From IMG/VR virus record IMGVR_UViG_3300011189_000006, positions 1 through 64,000 of that record: a stretch of 64,000 nt of DNA. The stretch is one strand, 5' to 3'. The translations under genes and the position numbers were made by a program. The notes below the pieces were generated by a model that was not told where the DNA came from, ran no database searches, and saw nothing but the letters and a program-made list of their open reading frames with translations. The number at the start of each line of letters is the position of its first letter. Within the stretch, counting starts at the first letter, position 1. Source of the stretch: a virus. Below are positions 38,198 through 48,264 of the stretch, piece by piece.

Positions 38198-39808
38198 ATG
38201 AAATTTAGGTATAGTAAGGAAAATGAGGAATTAATAGTATCAGAAGCATCTAGGATAGAATACCACCAAATGAGTATTTGGTTAACAAGACACGTAAAGG
38301 GATATAGGTATATGCCACCATTTAAAATGGGTGTGTGGGATGGTAAGCAGAAATACTTTAGAGATGGTAAAATAAATTTGGGACTGTGGAAAGAAGCTCT
38401 TAGAGGGTGTTCTGAAATAGGCGTTTCTTTTAGTGTAGATAATAAAGAAGATTTCCCAATAAACAGAGATGTTACATTAGATAAAGTTACTAAATTCTGT
38501 GATAACTTTTTTAAGACACACAAAGTAAAAAATAAAAAAGGCGAGTGGGTTAAATTTATGCCATATGAACACCAAATTCAGTCAGCATATAAGATACTTA
38601 AAAACAGATATTGTATGGCAGAAGTTGCCACATCTGGTGGTAAATCACTTATAATATCAATAGTTTTATTCTATACTTTGAAAAATATAAAAAAGGATGC
38701 TAAATTTCTAATAATAGTACCTTCTATAACATTAGTTACCCAGTTCTATGATAATTTTATAGAATATAATTTTGGTGACAATAATTTAGTAGATATGAAA
38801 GAGAAAGATTCTGAAGAAATACTAAATAAAAAACACAAACCATGTGATATAAGGGTAGAAGAAGTTATGTCAGATAAACCTAGAAAACATTCAGGTGAAA
38901 AAAATGCCAATGTCTATATAGGAACATATCAATCCTTGGAAAAGTGGCCAAAGACATTCTTCGAAAAATTTCACACAGTTGTTACTGATGAGGCACATGG
39001 TGCAAAATCGAAGTCACTGACTAAAATACTCAAAAGGACATTTGGTACTGCATACTCTAGATTTGGTGTATCTGGTACATTCCCAGAAGAGGATACTTGT
39101 GAGATATTGACTATACAATCTGTATTAGGTCCAAAAATAACAGAGGTATCAGCAGATGAATTAAAGAAAAAGGGAATCATATCTGATATGCAAATAAAGG
39201 CAGTTATAATGAATCATAATGATCCAGAATTTGGTGATAAAGTTAAACAAATACGTAAGGCTGGAATGGGTAAAGAAGCATTAGGCATAGAAAAGGATTA
39301 TATACACATATCTGATAAAAGACTTAATTTAATAAAGAAAATAGTTAATAAGTGTGATAACAACACATTAGTGTTATTCCATACAATAGAATATGGAAAT
39401 ACTGTCTTAAAGGAATTAAGAGAAAGCCTACCAGACAAAGAGTTCTATTATATTGATGGTGGTGTTAGTGGCAAAGATAGGGAAAGGATTAAAAAAGAAA
39501 TGGAAAACACAGATGGGAAAACTAAGGTCTTAGTTGCAAGCTATGGAACATTGAGCACTGGTGTCTCTATAAATGCTATTTTTAATATATTGTTTATAGA
39601 CTCGTTTAAATCTGAACAAGTTATTATACAATCTATTGGTAGAGCGTTAAGGTTACATGATGAAAAAAAGGTAGCAACTATCTTTGACTTGGTTGATGTA
39701 TTTGATAGCAATAGTTTTAATAATATATTATGGAAACACTTTAAAGAACGCCAAGGTTTCTATGACAAAAGAAAATATCCTTATAAGTTTATAAAAATAA
39801 ATTTGTAA
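38198..39808 (+). CDS. uvsW: SF2 DNA helicase (UvsW-like)
   Basis: ATSGGKS, DEAH, GVSGT, STGVSI and QSIGRALR motifs. Confidence 0.88.
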   Translation: MKFRYSKENEELIVSEASRIEYHQMSIWLTRHVKGYRYMPPFKMGVWDGKQKYFRDGKINLGLWKEALRGCSEIGVSFSVDNKEDFPINRDVTLDKVTKFCDNFFKTHKVKNKKGEWVKFMPYEHQIQSAYKILKNRYCMAEVATSGGKSLIISIVLFYTLKNIKKDAKFLIIVPSITLVTQFYDNFIEYNFGDNNLVDMKEKDSEEILNKKHKPCDIRVEEVMSDKPRKHSGEKNANVYIGTYQSLEKWPKTFFEKFHTVVTDEAHGAKSKSLTKILKRTFGTAYSRFGVSGTFPEEDTCEILTIQSVLGPKITEVSADELKKKGIISDMQIKAVIMNHNDPEFGDKVKQIRKAGMGKEALGIEKDYIHISDKRLNLIKKIVNKCDNNTLVLFHTIEYGNTVLKELRESLPDKEFYYIDGGVSGKDRERIKKEMENTDGKTKVLVASYGTLSTGVSINAIFNILFIDSFKSEQVIIQSIGRALRLHDEKKVATIFDLVDVFDSNSFNNILWKHFKERQGFYDKRKYPYKFIKINL

Positions 39809-39846
39809 GGATTTAATGAGAACGTTCTTGTAAAAATATATACTAT

Positions 39847-42264
39847 ATGTCTGTAAATACAAAGTTAACACTATCGGTAAAAAGTGGTCCTGGTGATATA
39901 GTTGGTGTCACTGAAATCCAATCAATAAATGGTAGGGCTGACTTTAATGGAATACAATTTACTGAAGCTGGATCATATATACTAACTATAACACCAGATA
40001 ACATAAATGTCGAAAGTGCTGAAGTAGAAATAAATGTATCACCAGAGGAAGATTTTATCCCACAAGATAATCCAATCGAACAGAGTGAAGAAGGAGAAGA
40101 AGAACAAGAAGCATTAGAAGGGTCTAGACCTATTATAAGCCAAATAAAAGAACCTACTCTAGATTTAAAAGCTATGCAATTTGATGCTAGTCCTAATGAG
40201 GGAGATAATAGCGAACTTTTGACTAGTCTGGGATTTACACCATTTCTTTGGTATAATGGTGTTCAGATGAGAGTATCAGATATAAAATCATTGTATTTAT
40301 ATTATGAGAATAATATCCCAAGGTGTAGAGCAATTATAATAGACACACTTGGATTCATAGGTACGCAAGATAGTATGCCATTAAATGATACTAAATTTGA
40401 ACTTTTTATAAATTCTGGCTCTGATATTTTAAAATCTATACATCTTAGATTTAAAATGCAATTTAACCAAGAAAACAAGAAAAATGGTACATATACAATT
40501 ACTGGTACTTTAGATGTAGATAATTTTTATAAAAAAGGCTACAAGTCATACAAAGGAACTTCTTTCAATGTTCTAAAAGAATTAGCAGTAGAGAATGGTA
40601 TTGGATTTAATTCAAACATAGGAAATACAAACGATACAATGACTTGGAGAAAAAATGGTAGTAATATACCAGAATTTGTAAAGAATGTAGTCAAACATTC
40701 GTATATATCAGATAATTCTTTCATTTTAGGTTATTATGATTATTATTGGTGTTATAACTGCATTGATATCGAAAAGGAGTGGAATAGAGATATAAAAAAT
40801 GACCTAGGTCTTAACACACAAGGATTGTCTTCATTAGATAGCAACATGGAACTAACACCACTAGTTCTAACAAATGATGCTAGTTCTGATGCATCTGGAT
40901 TCTATTTCAATAAGTATAGATTTAGGAATAATTCAACGTATCAGACAACAAATAGTGGTATTTATACAATTTCAAGAGTTTATGATAGAAGCACAAAACA
41001 ATTCTTAAAATTTGATATAGATTCTTTAAATTCTGATAATAGTGATAATATAATTTTAAAGGGAAGACCAAACGATACAGAAGAATTAAAACAAAGTTAT
41101 AATACAGATTATGGTGGTAAGATAGATACTGATAACATCCACCAAAACTATATGTATGCTCTTTCACAGAATGAAAGAAATGTTAAGAACTTACATAACA
41201 TATCAATTGAATTAGATATGCCACAGCCAAACTTTAATGTTTATAGATATCAAAAAATAAGAGTGAATTTTATTAACCAAAAACAGACACCAATAAATAC
41301 GGTTGTTGTAAATGAGAGGCTAACTGGTGAGTGGTTAATCACGGATATATCTTTTGTGTGGAAGAGGGGAACTTTAACACAGAAGTTAACTATTGTAAGA
41401 AAAGAATTAGGCAAAACACTAAAAGAAAAAGAAACTCAACAAACCGAAGATACTGCTGAAAATAATTCTGAAATAAATGAAAATCCATTAGATAATTTAC
41501 AAACAGAAGGATTGGAATTACAAGAAGAACAAAATGATGATTTTATATTTAGTGGTGGTACTTTCACAGAGGGTGAAGAGTTCACAGAGAGAGAATTCCA
41601 AGGTGAAGAAGAATCAGAACTTACTATACCACCAGAAGACCAAAGGCTTTATGAAACTGAATCTAACCAAATAAATAATAGTCCAACACCTATATCAGAG
41701 GGGAATTATAATATAGATTTTATAGAAGGGAGTTATGTAGATAACCAAGGTAATGACATAGAGGTTTGTCAGATTGATGGAAGTGCTATAAATGTAAAAG
41801 TGGTTGGTAAGTATCTGGATATGAAAGAAGCAGCACGAAGTGATGGTATATTACTTAGTGTTAATTCTGGATTTAGATCACCGATAGATACTATAAACAC
41901 GAAGTCAAATAATGGTGTCTTAGTTAGAGCTAGCTCACAGAAATACCTATATGATAACTGGGTAGCTAGAAAACCTGGATTTAACTTAGCCGCAAAGCCA
42001 TATACTTCTAAACATGGAAATGGTATAAGTTTAGACTTAAATACTGGTAGTAGAACAAAGAATACATTAAATGAATCTTTATATTCTTGGTTAATTAAAA
42101 ACTCATGGAAGTATGGATTTGTTAGATCTGTTAGAAGTGAAGAGTGGCATTTTGATTATTTACCAAACTTAATAAATAGTTCACAAGGTGGTCCTTACTC
42201 TAAACTAGCTGCCAACGACTCAAATTTATTTTTTAGTGATTTGGGCTTAGATAGATTAAGCTAG
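39847..42264 (+). CDS. Putative baseplate hub (gp27-like) with C-terminal M15B Zn-peptidase
   Basis: LTGEWLITDI hub motif; SGFRS...SKHGNGISLD...EEWHFDY peptidase motifs. Confidence 0.65.
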   Translation: MSVNTKLTLSVKSGPGDIVGVTEIQSINGRADFNGIQFTEAGSYILTITPDNINVESAEVEINVSPEEDFIPQDNPIEQSEEGEEEQEALEGSRPIISQIKEPTLDLKAMQFDASPNEGDNSELLTSLGFTPFLWYNGVQMRVSDIKSLYLYYENNIPRCRAIIIDTLGFIGTQDSMPLNDTKFELFINSGSDILKSIHLRFKMQFNQENKKNGTYTITGTLDVDNFYKKGYKSYKGTSFNVLKELAVENGIGFNSNIGNTNDTMTWRKNGSNIPEFVKNVVKHSYISDNSFILGYYDYYWCYNCIDIEKEWNRDIKNDLGLNTQGLSSLDSNMELTPLVLTNDASSDASGFYFNKYRFRNNSTYQTTNSGIYTISRVYDRSTKQFLKFDIDSLNSDNSDNIILKGRPNDTEELKQSYNTDYGGKIDTDNIHQNYMYALSQNERNVKNLHNISIELDMPQPNFNVYRYQKIRVNFINQKQTPINTVVVNERLTGEWLITDISFVWKRGTLTQKLTIVRKELGKTLKEKETQQTEDTAENNSEINENPLDNLQTEGLELQEEQNDDFIFSGGTFTEGEEFTEREFQGEEESELTIPPEDQRLYETESNQINNSPTPISEGNYNIDFIEGSYVDNQGNDIEVCQIDGSAINVKVVGKYLDMKEAARSDGILLSVNSGFRSPIDTINTKSNNGVLVRASSQKYLYDNWVARKPGFNLAAKPYTSKHGNGISLDLNTGSRTKNTLNESLYSWLIKNSWKYGFVRSVRSEEWHFDYLPNLINSSQGGPYSKLAANDSNLFFSDLGLDRLS

Positions 42265-42305
42265 GATTGATAATATTTTATATATAAGGAAAATATTTAA
42301 TACTG

Positions 42306-44159
42306 ATGGCTGAGGATAAAAACCCTTTAGATAAATTAAGAGATACAGCAGTTGCAACTGCCGAGGGTCTGAAAAGACAGTACGGCATAGGTGCTAATAA
42401 TAATCCTTGGCCACAGACCGAGTACCAACCTATTTTGGGATTAAATTCTAATAGACAAACAAAGGGATTCCTTCCTTCTGCAAAAATAGAACCTATTAAC
42501 AAAGAAGGTGAAGGTGGTGCAGATGGTGAAGGACGTATAAATAGATTTGGTAACTACGAATATAAAGATTGGCGAGGACATTTGCTTAACCCTGCTAAGG
42601 AGGTAGATGGTCTAGAACATGATAAGTTTAAAAAAAGTATAAGAATACCAAAATCTGATGATTCCCTTGTAGATAGTCCATATTCAACTAGGGATTTCTA
42701 TGCTATATTTAATGACAATACAACAGATTATTTTAAACATGGACTTCAAGTTATAAATGGGGAGAGTGGTGTGCTTGGTTCATCACCTGGTACATCTTTT
42801 GAAAACAATGATCCTATTATATATGGCTTTGAAGTGATAATAGATGATATATCTTCTCCTTTACTTAATGGTGCAATAGATGATTTTTTAAATAATTATT
42901 CAGGTGTTAGTGAAATAGCAGCAAGAAGACCAGTCTATGAAGATTTCAAAAAACAGTTTACTAAGTTCTTCAAAACAAGGGGGACTGTATTAGAGAGAGA
43001 GACCGATAATGCTAGTATTTCCAAATCTAGAAATTCATCATCACCAGAATTACAAACTGGACAAGGAATAGGAATAACACAACCTGGTAAAGCTGCATAC
43101 ATGGCATATTATCTAAAAAAAGTAGGTGGCTTAGGGAACTTAGCAGAGAGAAACACAGCTACTGAAAAGAAATATTTAGTAGATTATAATAAGGATGTAA
43201 TAACCTTAGATTTCTTAGAAGATACAAGCCAGAGTGTTACCACACTTGCACATCTATACAAGTTGTTATATTGGTCTAAACCTAATGGAAAGGGCATTAT
43301 ACCAGAGAATTTACTTAGGTTTAATTGTGATATAATAGTATCTGAAATAAGAAATTTTAAGCGTGTTAAGAAAACACTTAACAGTGTGCAAGAAGGAACA
43401 CCACCTCAGCTAGAAATAGTAAAAGATAATGTATCTAGGCAAGTTTATTCTCTTAGAGATTGTCAGTTATACTTTAATGGGATGCCACACCCCAATGATA
43501 TTGATATGACACAAACACCATCAGTTTATGATTCATATAGTATACAGTTTGACTATAAATACACTTCTAATAAATTAGAAAGATTTATGCCAACACCAAA
43601 TGGAGATGGACAATATGTTGGTTATGATGGTGGTGCTATTTGGAAAGTTGGTAATAAAGGTGCTACAACAGCGGCAGGTGGTAATAGTATATTATCTTCT
43701 GTTCCTAATTTCTATACTACTGATGAAAATACATATAACAAAACTGGAACAGATGGTAGGTTCTTATTATCTAGACCAGAAAATGGTAGAACAGAAAGAA
43801 CTTTCAATTCAGAGGATTTAGATAATCTTGAATCTTTTAAAAGACAAAGTACATCTTTTGGAAAAAGACTAAAGAACAGACTTGAGGATGTTGCCATTAG
43901 GTCAGCAACTAGAGAGTTACAAACTTTTGTAAATACTAGAACTGCTATACTTAATAGAACTTTAAATAAAATAATAACTGCAAATGGAATAGTTGGCGTA
44001 AGACCACCTAGAAATGTTTATACAGATAGACCATTAAGTGCTGGGGAAAGGATATTCTATGACGTTAGAGGGGATTTAATAAACTTTTTAGGTAATGCAG
44101 CAGGTGGTGCTTTAGGTGGTGGTGGTATAATAGGTGGGAATCCATTTTCACCAAGATAA
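42306..44159 (+). CDS. Baseplate/tail-tube-associated structural protein
   Basis: IIPENLLRFNCDIIVSEIR tube-like fold; baseplate context. Confidence 0.45.
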   Translation: MAEDKNPLDKLRDTAVATAEGLKRQYGIGANNNPWPQTEYQPILGLNSNRQTKGFLPSAKIEPINKEGEGGADGEGRINRFGNYEYKDWRGHLLNPAKEVDGLEHDKFKKSIRIPKSDDSLVDSPYSTRDFYAIFNDNTTDYFKHGLQVINGESGVLGSSPGTSFENNDPIIYGFEVIIDDISSPLLNGAIDDFLNNYSGVSEIAARRPVYEDFKKQFTKFFKTRGTVLERETDNASISKSRNSSSPELQTGQGIGITQPGKAAYMAYYLKKVGGLGNLAERNTATEKKYLVDYNKDVITLDFLEDTSQSVTTLAHLYKLLYWSKPNGKGIIPENLLRFNCDIIVSEIRNFKRVKKTLNSVQEGTPPQLEIVKDNVSRQVYSLRDCQLYFNGMPHPNDIDMTQTPSVYDSYSIQFDYKYTSNKLERFMPTPNGDGQYVGYDGGAIWKVGNKGATTAAGGNSILSSVPNFYTTDENTYNKTGTDGRFLLSRPENGRTERTFNSEDLDNLESFKRQSTSFGKRLKNRLEDVAIRSATRELQTFVNTRTAILNRTLNKIITANGIVGVRPPRNVYTDRPLSAGERIFYDVRGDLINFLGNAAGGALGGGGIIGGNPFSPR

Positions 44160-44171
44160 AAAAAATATAAT

Positions 44172-44981
44172 ATGGCAGATAAGAGTAAAACGTATGTAGG
44201 TGTAGTAGAAGATAATGCTGATCCTAAGAAGCTAGGTAGGTTGAAAATAAGAGTCATGGATGTCTATGAAGGTATATTAACCGAAGATATCCCTTGGGCA
44301 AATCCTTGGAAGGATTTAAATGGCAATGAATTTAATTTACCAGAAATAGGCAAAGTGATGGTGGTTACATTTGATCAAGGTAATGAGAATAGTCCAGAAT
44401 ATATCTATGCAGACCATTATAATGTCAATTTGGAGAAGAAGCTAGCTTCAATGGATATCTCTGATTATAAGTCTATGAAGTCAATTATTTTTGACCATAA
44501 GACACAGTTCTATATAAACGATACAGAAGGTTTAAAGCTAGATTATAAATATAACAATCTTAATATAAAAAGTGATTCTATAAACTTAAACTTAAAAGAT
44601 AATAATGCTAATTTAAATCTAGGAGATGAGTCTGCTGACCAACAAGCAATACTTGGTAACTACTTCATAGATTGGTTAGGTAAATTTTTAGACACATTAC
44701 AAAATGGTGGTTTATATAATGCTGGTGGGCCAACAATGGCTAATCCTGCATTGGTAAAGTTAATACTTGAGTTTAAAGCAACAAAAGATTTAAAATTTTT
44801 ATCACATAATGTTAATGTTGTTGATAACAATGGTGTGAGGACAGTTGCTAATAATAATAGAGAAGATGAGGCACAATATGGAGATGCCTGGACTTCATCA
44901 CAAGAAGAAAATAACTTAACCGATATAAAAGACGATAATAACAAACCTAAAGATGGTCCAAGAGATGAATTTAATGTTTAG
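44172..44981 (+). CDS. Baseplate spike (gp5/VgrG OB-fold)
   Basis: YVGVVEDNADP.KLGR.KIRV...IPWA...P.IG..V.V.F..G. Confidence 0.8.
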   Translation: MADKSKTYVGVVEDNADPKKLGRLKIRVMDVYEGILTEDIPWANPWKDLNGNEFNLPEIGKVMVVTFDQGNENSPEYIYADHYNVNLEKKLASMDISDYKSMKSIIFDHKTQFYINDTEGLKLDYKYNNLNIKSDSINLNLKDNNANLNLGDESADQQAILGNYFIDWLGKFLDTLQNGGLYNAGGPTMANPALVKLILEFKATKDLKFLSHNVNVVDNNGVRTVANNNREDEAQYGDAWTSSQEENNLTDIKDDNNKPKDGPRDEFNV

Positions 44982-45029
44982 TTTATTTGATTTTTATATT
45001 TAATACATAAGTAAAATAATATACTACTT

Positions 45030-45272
45030 ATGATTCCCACAGAACACAATATTAGCATTTCATATAATGAGAGAAGACCAATTGATCAGGAGGAAGTAAT
45101 AATTGGTGGTGTTACACAATCTGTGATAGTTTATTCTATACCATATTATCTAGCATATATACATAATTTGAAAATTGGTGCAGAAGGAATAAAATATAAC
45201 AGTTCAGGACAAACAGGGAAAGATATAATGCTCAATACTTATAATTGGATCATCACGGATGGTGGGTTATAA
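45030..45272 (+). CDS. Hypothetical protein
   Basis: 80-aa ORF ending W.ITDGG, like BspA C-termini. Confidence 0.45.
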   Translation: MIPTEHNISISYNERRPIDQEEVIIGGVTQSVIVYSIPYYLAYIHNLKIGAEGIKYNSSGQTGKDIMLNTYNWIITDGGL

Positions 45273-45420
45273 ATCTAAGTGTTAGTATTATTTCCAATAA
45301 ACACGGTTATGGGAGGCATATCTTCTCTGACCCTAATATTCACATTTTCTGGTTTTATAACCTCTAACTTTATCTTTGGATTTACTTGTTCATCTTCTTC
45401 CATATTTGTCTTTATTTCAA

Positions 45421-45918
45421 TTATAATCCACCAACTGACATTCTGCTACCATCTAACCTAATGGGTGCTTTAGGAGTCCTTAAAACAACTGGTGGGAGGG
45501 AATAGTCTTGTTCAATATATCTAAGTCTATTTTTGTCTTTTTTAGTGCTTTTATTAGGAACTATCAGCTTCTCTTTAATTGATAGTCTGCTTTGGTCTAT
45601 TTGTTCTTCTGTTTTTCTAAATTTTTCCATATCATCTAAAGATGGGTAAAGTATTACTTGTCCCTTAATTATATTAAGTGGATTATCGATACCGTTTATA
45701 AATAATATGATATCTATGTTTTCTAAACTCATACCAACTTCGTTGGCTTCAAGTCCATATATTTTTTGAAATATTATATCAATTCTCATAATATCACCTT
45801 GGTCAACCGTATAACTGTTTAAATTAACATCTGACCTATATGTTAGGTTAGGTGTTGATAGGTCAAATAGTCCATTTGGTGATTCTTTTTTAATATCTGC
45901 AATTGATTTAAAATCCAT
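45421..45918 (-). CDS. Baseplate wedge subunit (gp53/LysM-like)
   Basis: YTV......RID.I...YG...IILFINGIDNPL.I..GQ.I..P; start trimmed to MDFKS. Confidence 0.75.
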   Translation of the reverse strand: MDFKSIADIKKESPNGLFDLSTPNLTYRSDVNLNSYTVDQGDIMRIDIIFQKIYGLEANEVGMSLENIDIILFINGIDNPLNIIKGQVILYPSLDDMEKFRKTEEQIDQSRLSIKEKLIVPNKSTKKDKNRLRYIEQDYSLPPVVLRTPKAPIRLDGSRMSVGGL

Positions 45919-45931
45919 AATAAGTTTATTT

Positions 45932-47719
45932 TTATAAGTCGGTCTCTTTTGTTGATGCACCGTTTTGGGATGGTGGGAGTGTTGGTCCAACCGAATCAGG
46001 ATCTGTTGATGCACGAATACCAACTGGTAAATTATTAGTAGCACCATTACTTGTAGTTGTAGTATTTGTATTAGTAGTTTGGCTACTGATAACCTCTGTC
46101 CCAGTCACATTTTCTACTTGATTAACATTATCTTCAGTATTAAAGAAGTAACCACCACCATCAACATATTCACCATCCCCATTTGGTGGTGTGGATATAT
46201 CTGATAAGTAATCTTTTCTAGTATTTATAGTCCTTAAATATCCTGTATTAAATTTAGCTAGTATTTCTTGAAGCCCTAATGGTCTAGCATTTGTAAGAGT
46301 GAACCCAACTGTTATATCAGATGGTAAATCATTGAATGATAATGTTGGTCCTAGTTTTAAATTCACTCTATCAGTATACATATCACCAGAACAAAATATT
46401 GGTCTAAGTGGATTACCTACTGTTATATGCCATGGTGTAGATGGTAAGCCTGATAAGGCATGTGTTATACCTAATAATTGAACTCTATATTTTTGAATAG
46501 TTTTAGAAATAGAATCACTTATGGCATCAAACAATCCAGCAGCATTACCAGCAGCATCAGTAATAGCATCTAAACCAGCTTCAGCATTACCTTCTATTAT
46601 ATTGTTCACTAAATTAACTACTTTACTTTTTATTTCCTCAAAACTTTCTGTAATCGCTACTATTATTTCACCTATAAGGCTAGATATACCATTTTTACCA
46701 GTCCATCTATTTATATTGTTGGCAAAGTTAGACGATAAGCCATAGTTTGTACTATTTGATGTACCAAAAGATGTAGCATTAGATACTATATCCATCCATG
46801 CAATAGTTGGATCTATACCTGATATAAACTTTTGTTCATACTTAACAACCATTTTTATAGATACGGTACATGATAGTCCACTACCATTTTCTCCATAACC
46901 AATTGTTTTTCTTCTCTTAGCCATTTTTATTATATTAGGATTCCCAGTTGGTAAAGGTTGGTCATTGTTATCTAGTATTCCTAGTTTAGCCAAGAAGTCC
47001 CTTTGTAAATTCTCAGTAAATCCTGCTAATGGTATGAAGTTAATTCCACTACCCATTCCACTACCTGCACCACCAATGCTAAAATCCTGACCTAGATTAT
47101 TTATAACCTTTGTAAAGTCAGCATCTGCATCCTCCCATTTCTCACCAAAATCTATGTCTAGGAAATCTTCGCTTTGTGGCTTCCACCCAATCAGTACTGA
47201 TAGTGGTGGTGTTCCACCTTTATCTAATATATTATCCTTCATTGGTTTATCAAATCGCCTAGCTATCATTAATCTATTATTTGGAAAAACTCCTATATCT
47301 TTTAGATATGCAAAGTCTTGTGCTCTTAAAGCAGCCTTGCTAGAGAATGATAATTTTTCTATTATGTTTAAAATACTAGTATCATATATATCATCATTGT
47401 GTAGTACACTTCTATTCAATGTGTTGTATGAAGAATCAAATCCAGTAGAATCTTGATCTGTACCTATTTTTCCGATATTCCCCCAAAATTGTGGTATTGA
47501 ACGACCTGTGAATAGTGAAACTCTTGACTGTATGGGATTACCATCACTATCTAGATTAGATGATGATTGTTTTCTACCAGCATTATAATCATTAACATTG
47601 ACATTTCTGGTAGCACCGCCTGTGAAATTAGATATCCCATCACGTGTTGGCCCACTCCTAGTAACCAAACCAAGCGGAGATCCACCTAATACTGGGGATA
47701 TATTTACACTATTAGCCAT
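45932..47719 (-). CDS. Baseplate/tail tube initiator-like protein
   Basis: PNNR..I.RRF, PWH.TVGNP.RPI, FNDLP...V..TL..ARP motifs; upstream of the gp53-like gene. Confidence 0.5.
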   Translation of the reverse strand: MANSVNISPVLGGSPLGLVTRSGPTRDGISNFTGGATRNVNVNDYNAGRKQSSSNLDSDGNPIQSRVSLFTGRSIPQFWGNIGKIGTDQDSTGFDSSYNTLNRSVLHNDDIYDTSILNIIEKLSFSSKAALRAQDFAYLKDIGVFPNNRLMIARRFDKPMKDNILDKGGTPPLSVLIGWKPQSEDFLDIDFGEKWEDADADFTKVINNLGQDFSIGGAGSGMGSGINFIPLAGFTENLQRDFLAKLGILDNNDQPLPTGNPNIIKMAKRRKTIGYGENGSGLSCTVSIKMVVKYEQKFISGIDPTIAWMDIVSNATSFGTSNSTNYGLSSNFANNINRWTGKNGISSLIGEIIVAITESFEEIKSKVVNLVNNIIEGNAEAGLDAITDAAGNAAGLFDAISDSISKTIQKYRVQLLGITHALSGLPSTPWHITVGNPLRPIFCSGDMYTDRVNLKLGPTLSFNDLPSDITVGFTLTNARPLGLQEILAKFNTGYLRTINTRKDYLSDISTPPNGDGEYVDGGGYFFNTEDNVNQVENVTGTEVISSQTTNTNTTTTSNGATNNLPVGIRASTDPDSVGPTLPPSQNGASTKETDL

Positions 47720-47752
47720 TCTTTTGTATAATTTTATTTATATATTAAAGAC

Positions 47753-48142
47753 TTAGTAATCTCTAACTATTTGTGAGTTAGAAAACTTTGATAGATTAGA
47801 CAAGACATTGTCTATTATTTTAGGATTTTTTCTGAATTCGTTATAAAATATTAGGACATTGAAGTTATTATCTCCCAATATTTTTTTAAGGTTTAATAAT
47901 TTTTCTACAGAAAATTCTTTCTCAAAGTCTGGTATGTAGTAAATATCTTTATTTTTATCAATAGCCTGTTGAATTTTATTAAATATTAGTATTTTTAAAT
48001 ATGTTTTATCTTTCTTAAAATCAACATCTTCATCATCCACTATTTTTTTTATATCTACTATGTATTTATTCTTTATCTTATTAACTTTTACAAACTTGTC
48101 AAATTTCTTTCTGGTTTTACAATATACACAAAAAAAGTCCAT
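47753..48142 (-). CDS. Hypothetical protein
   Basis: 129-aa ORF. Confidence 0.6.
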   Translation of the reverse strand: MDFFCVYCKTRKKFDKFVKVNKIKNKYIVDIKKIVDDEDVDFKKDKTYLKILIFNKIQQAIDKNKDIYYIPDFEKEFSVEKLLNLKKILGDNNFNVLIFYNEFRKNPKIIDNVLSNLSKFSNSQIVRDY

Positions 48143-48264
48143 TCAATCTTACATTATTTTACATATATATTTGTATTATAGCCTTCCCTCAATAGAGTGT
48201 GATTAAACATTATTAATATATAATATATAATAACTATTAGCCACCAAATAAATCAAGGTCTATT

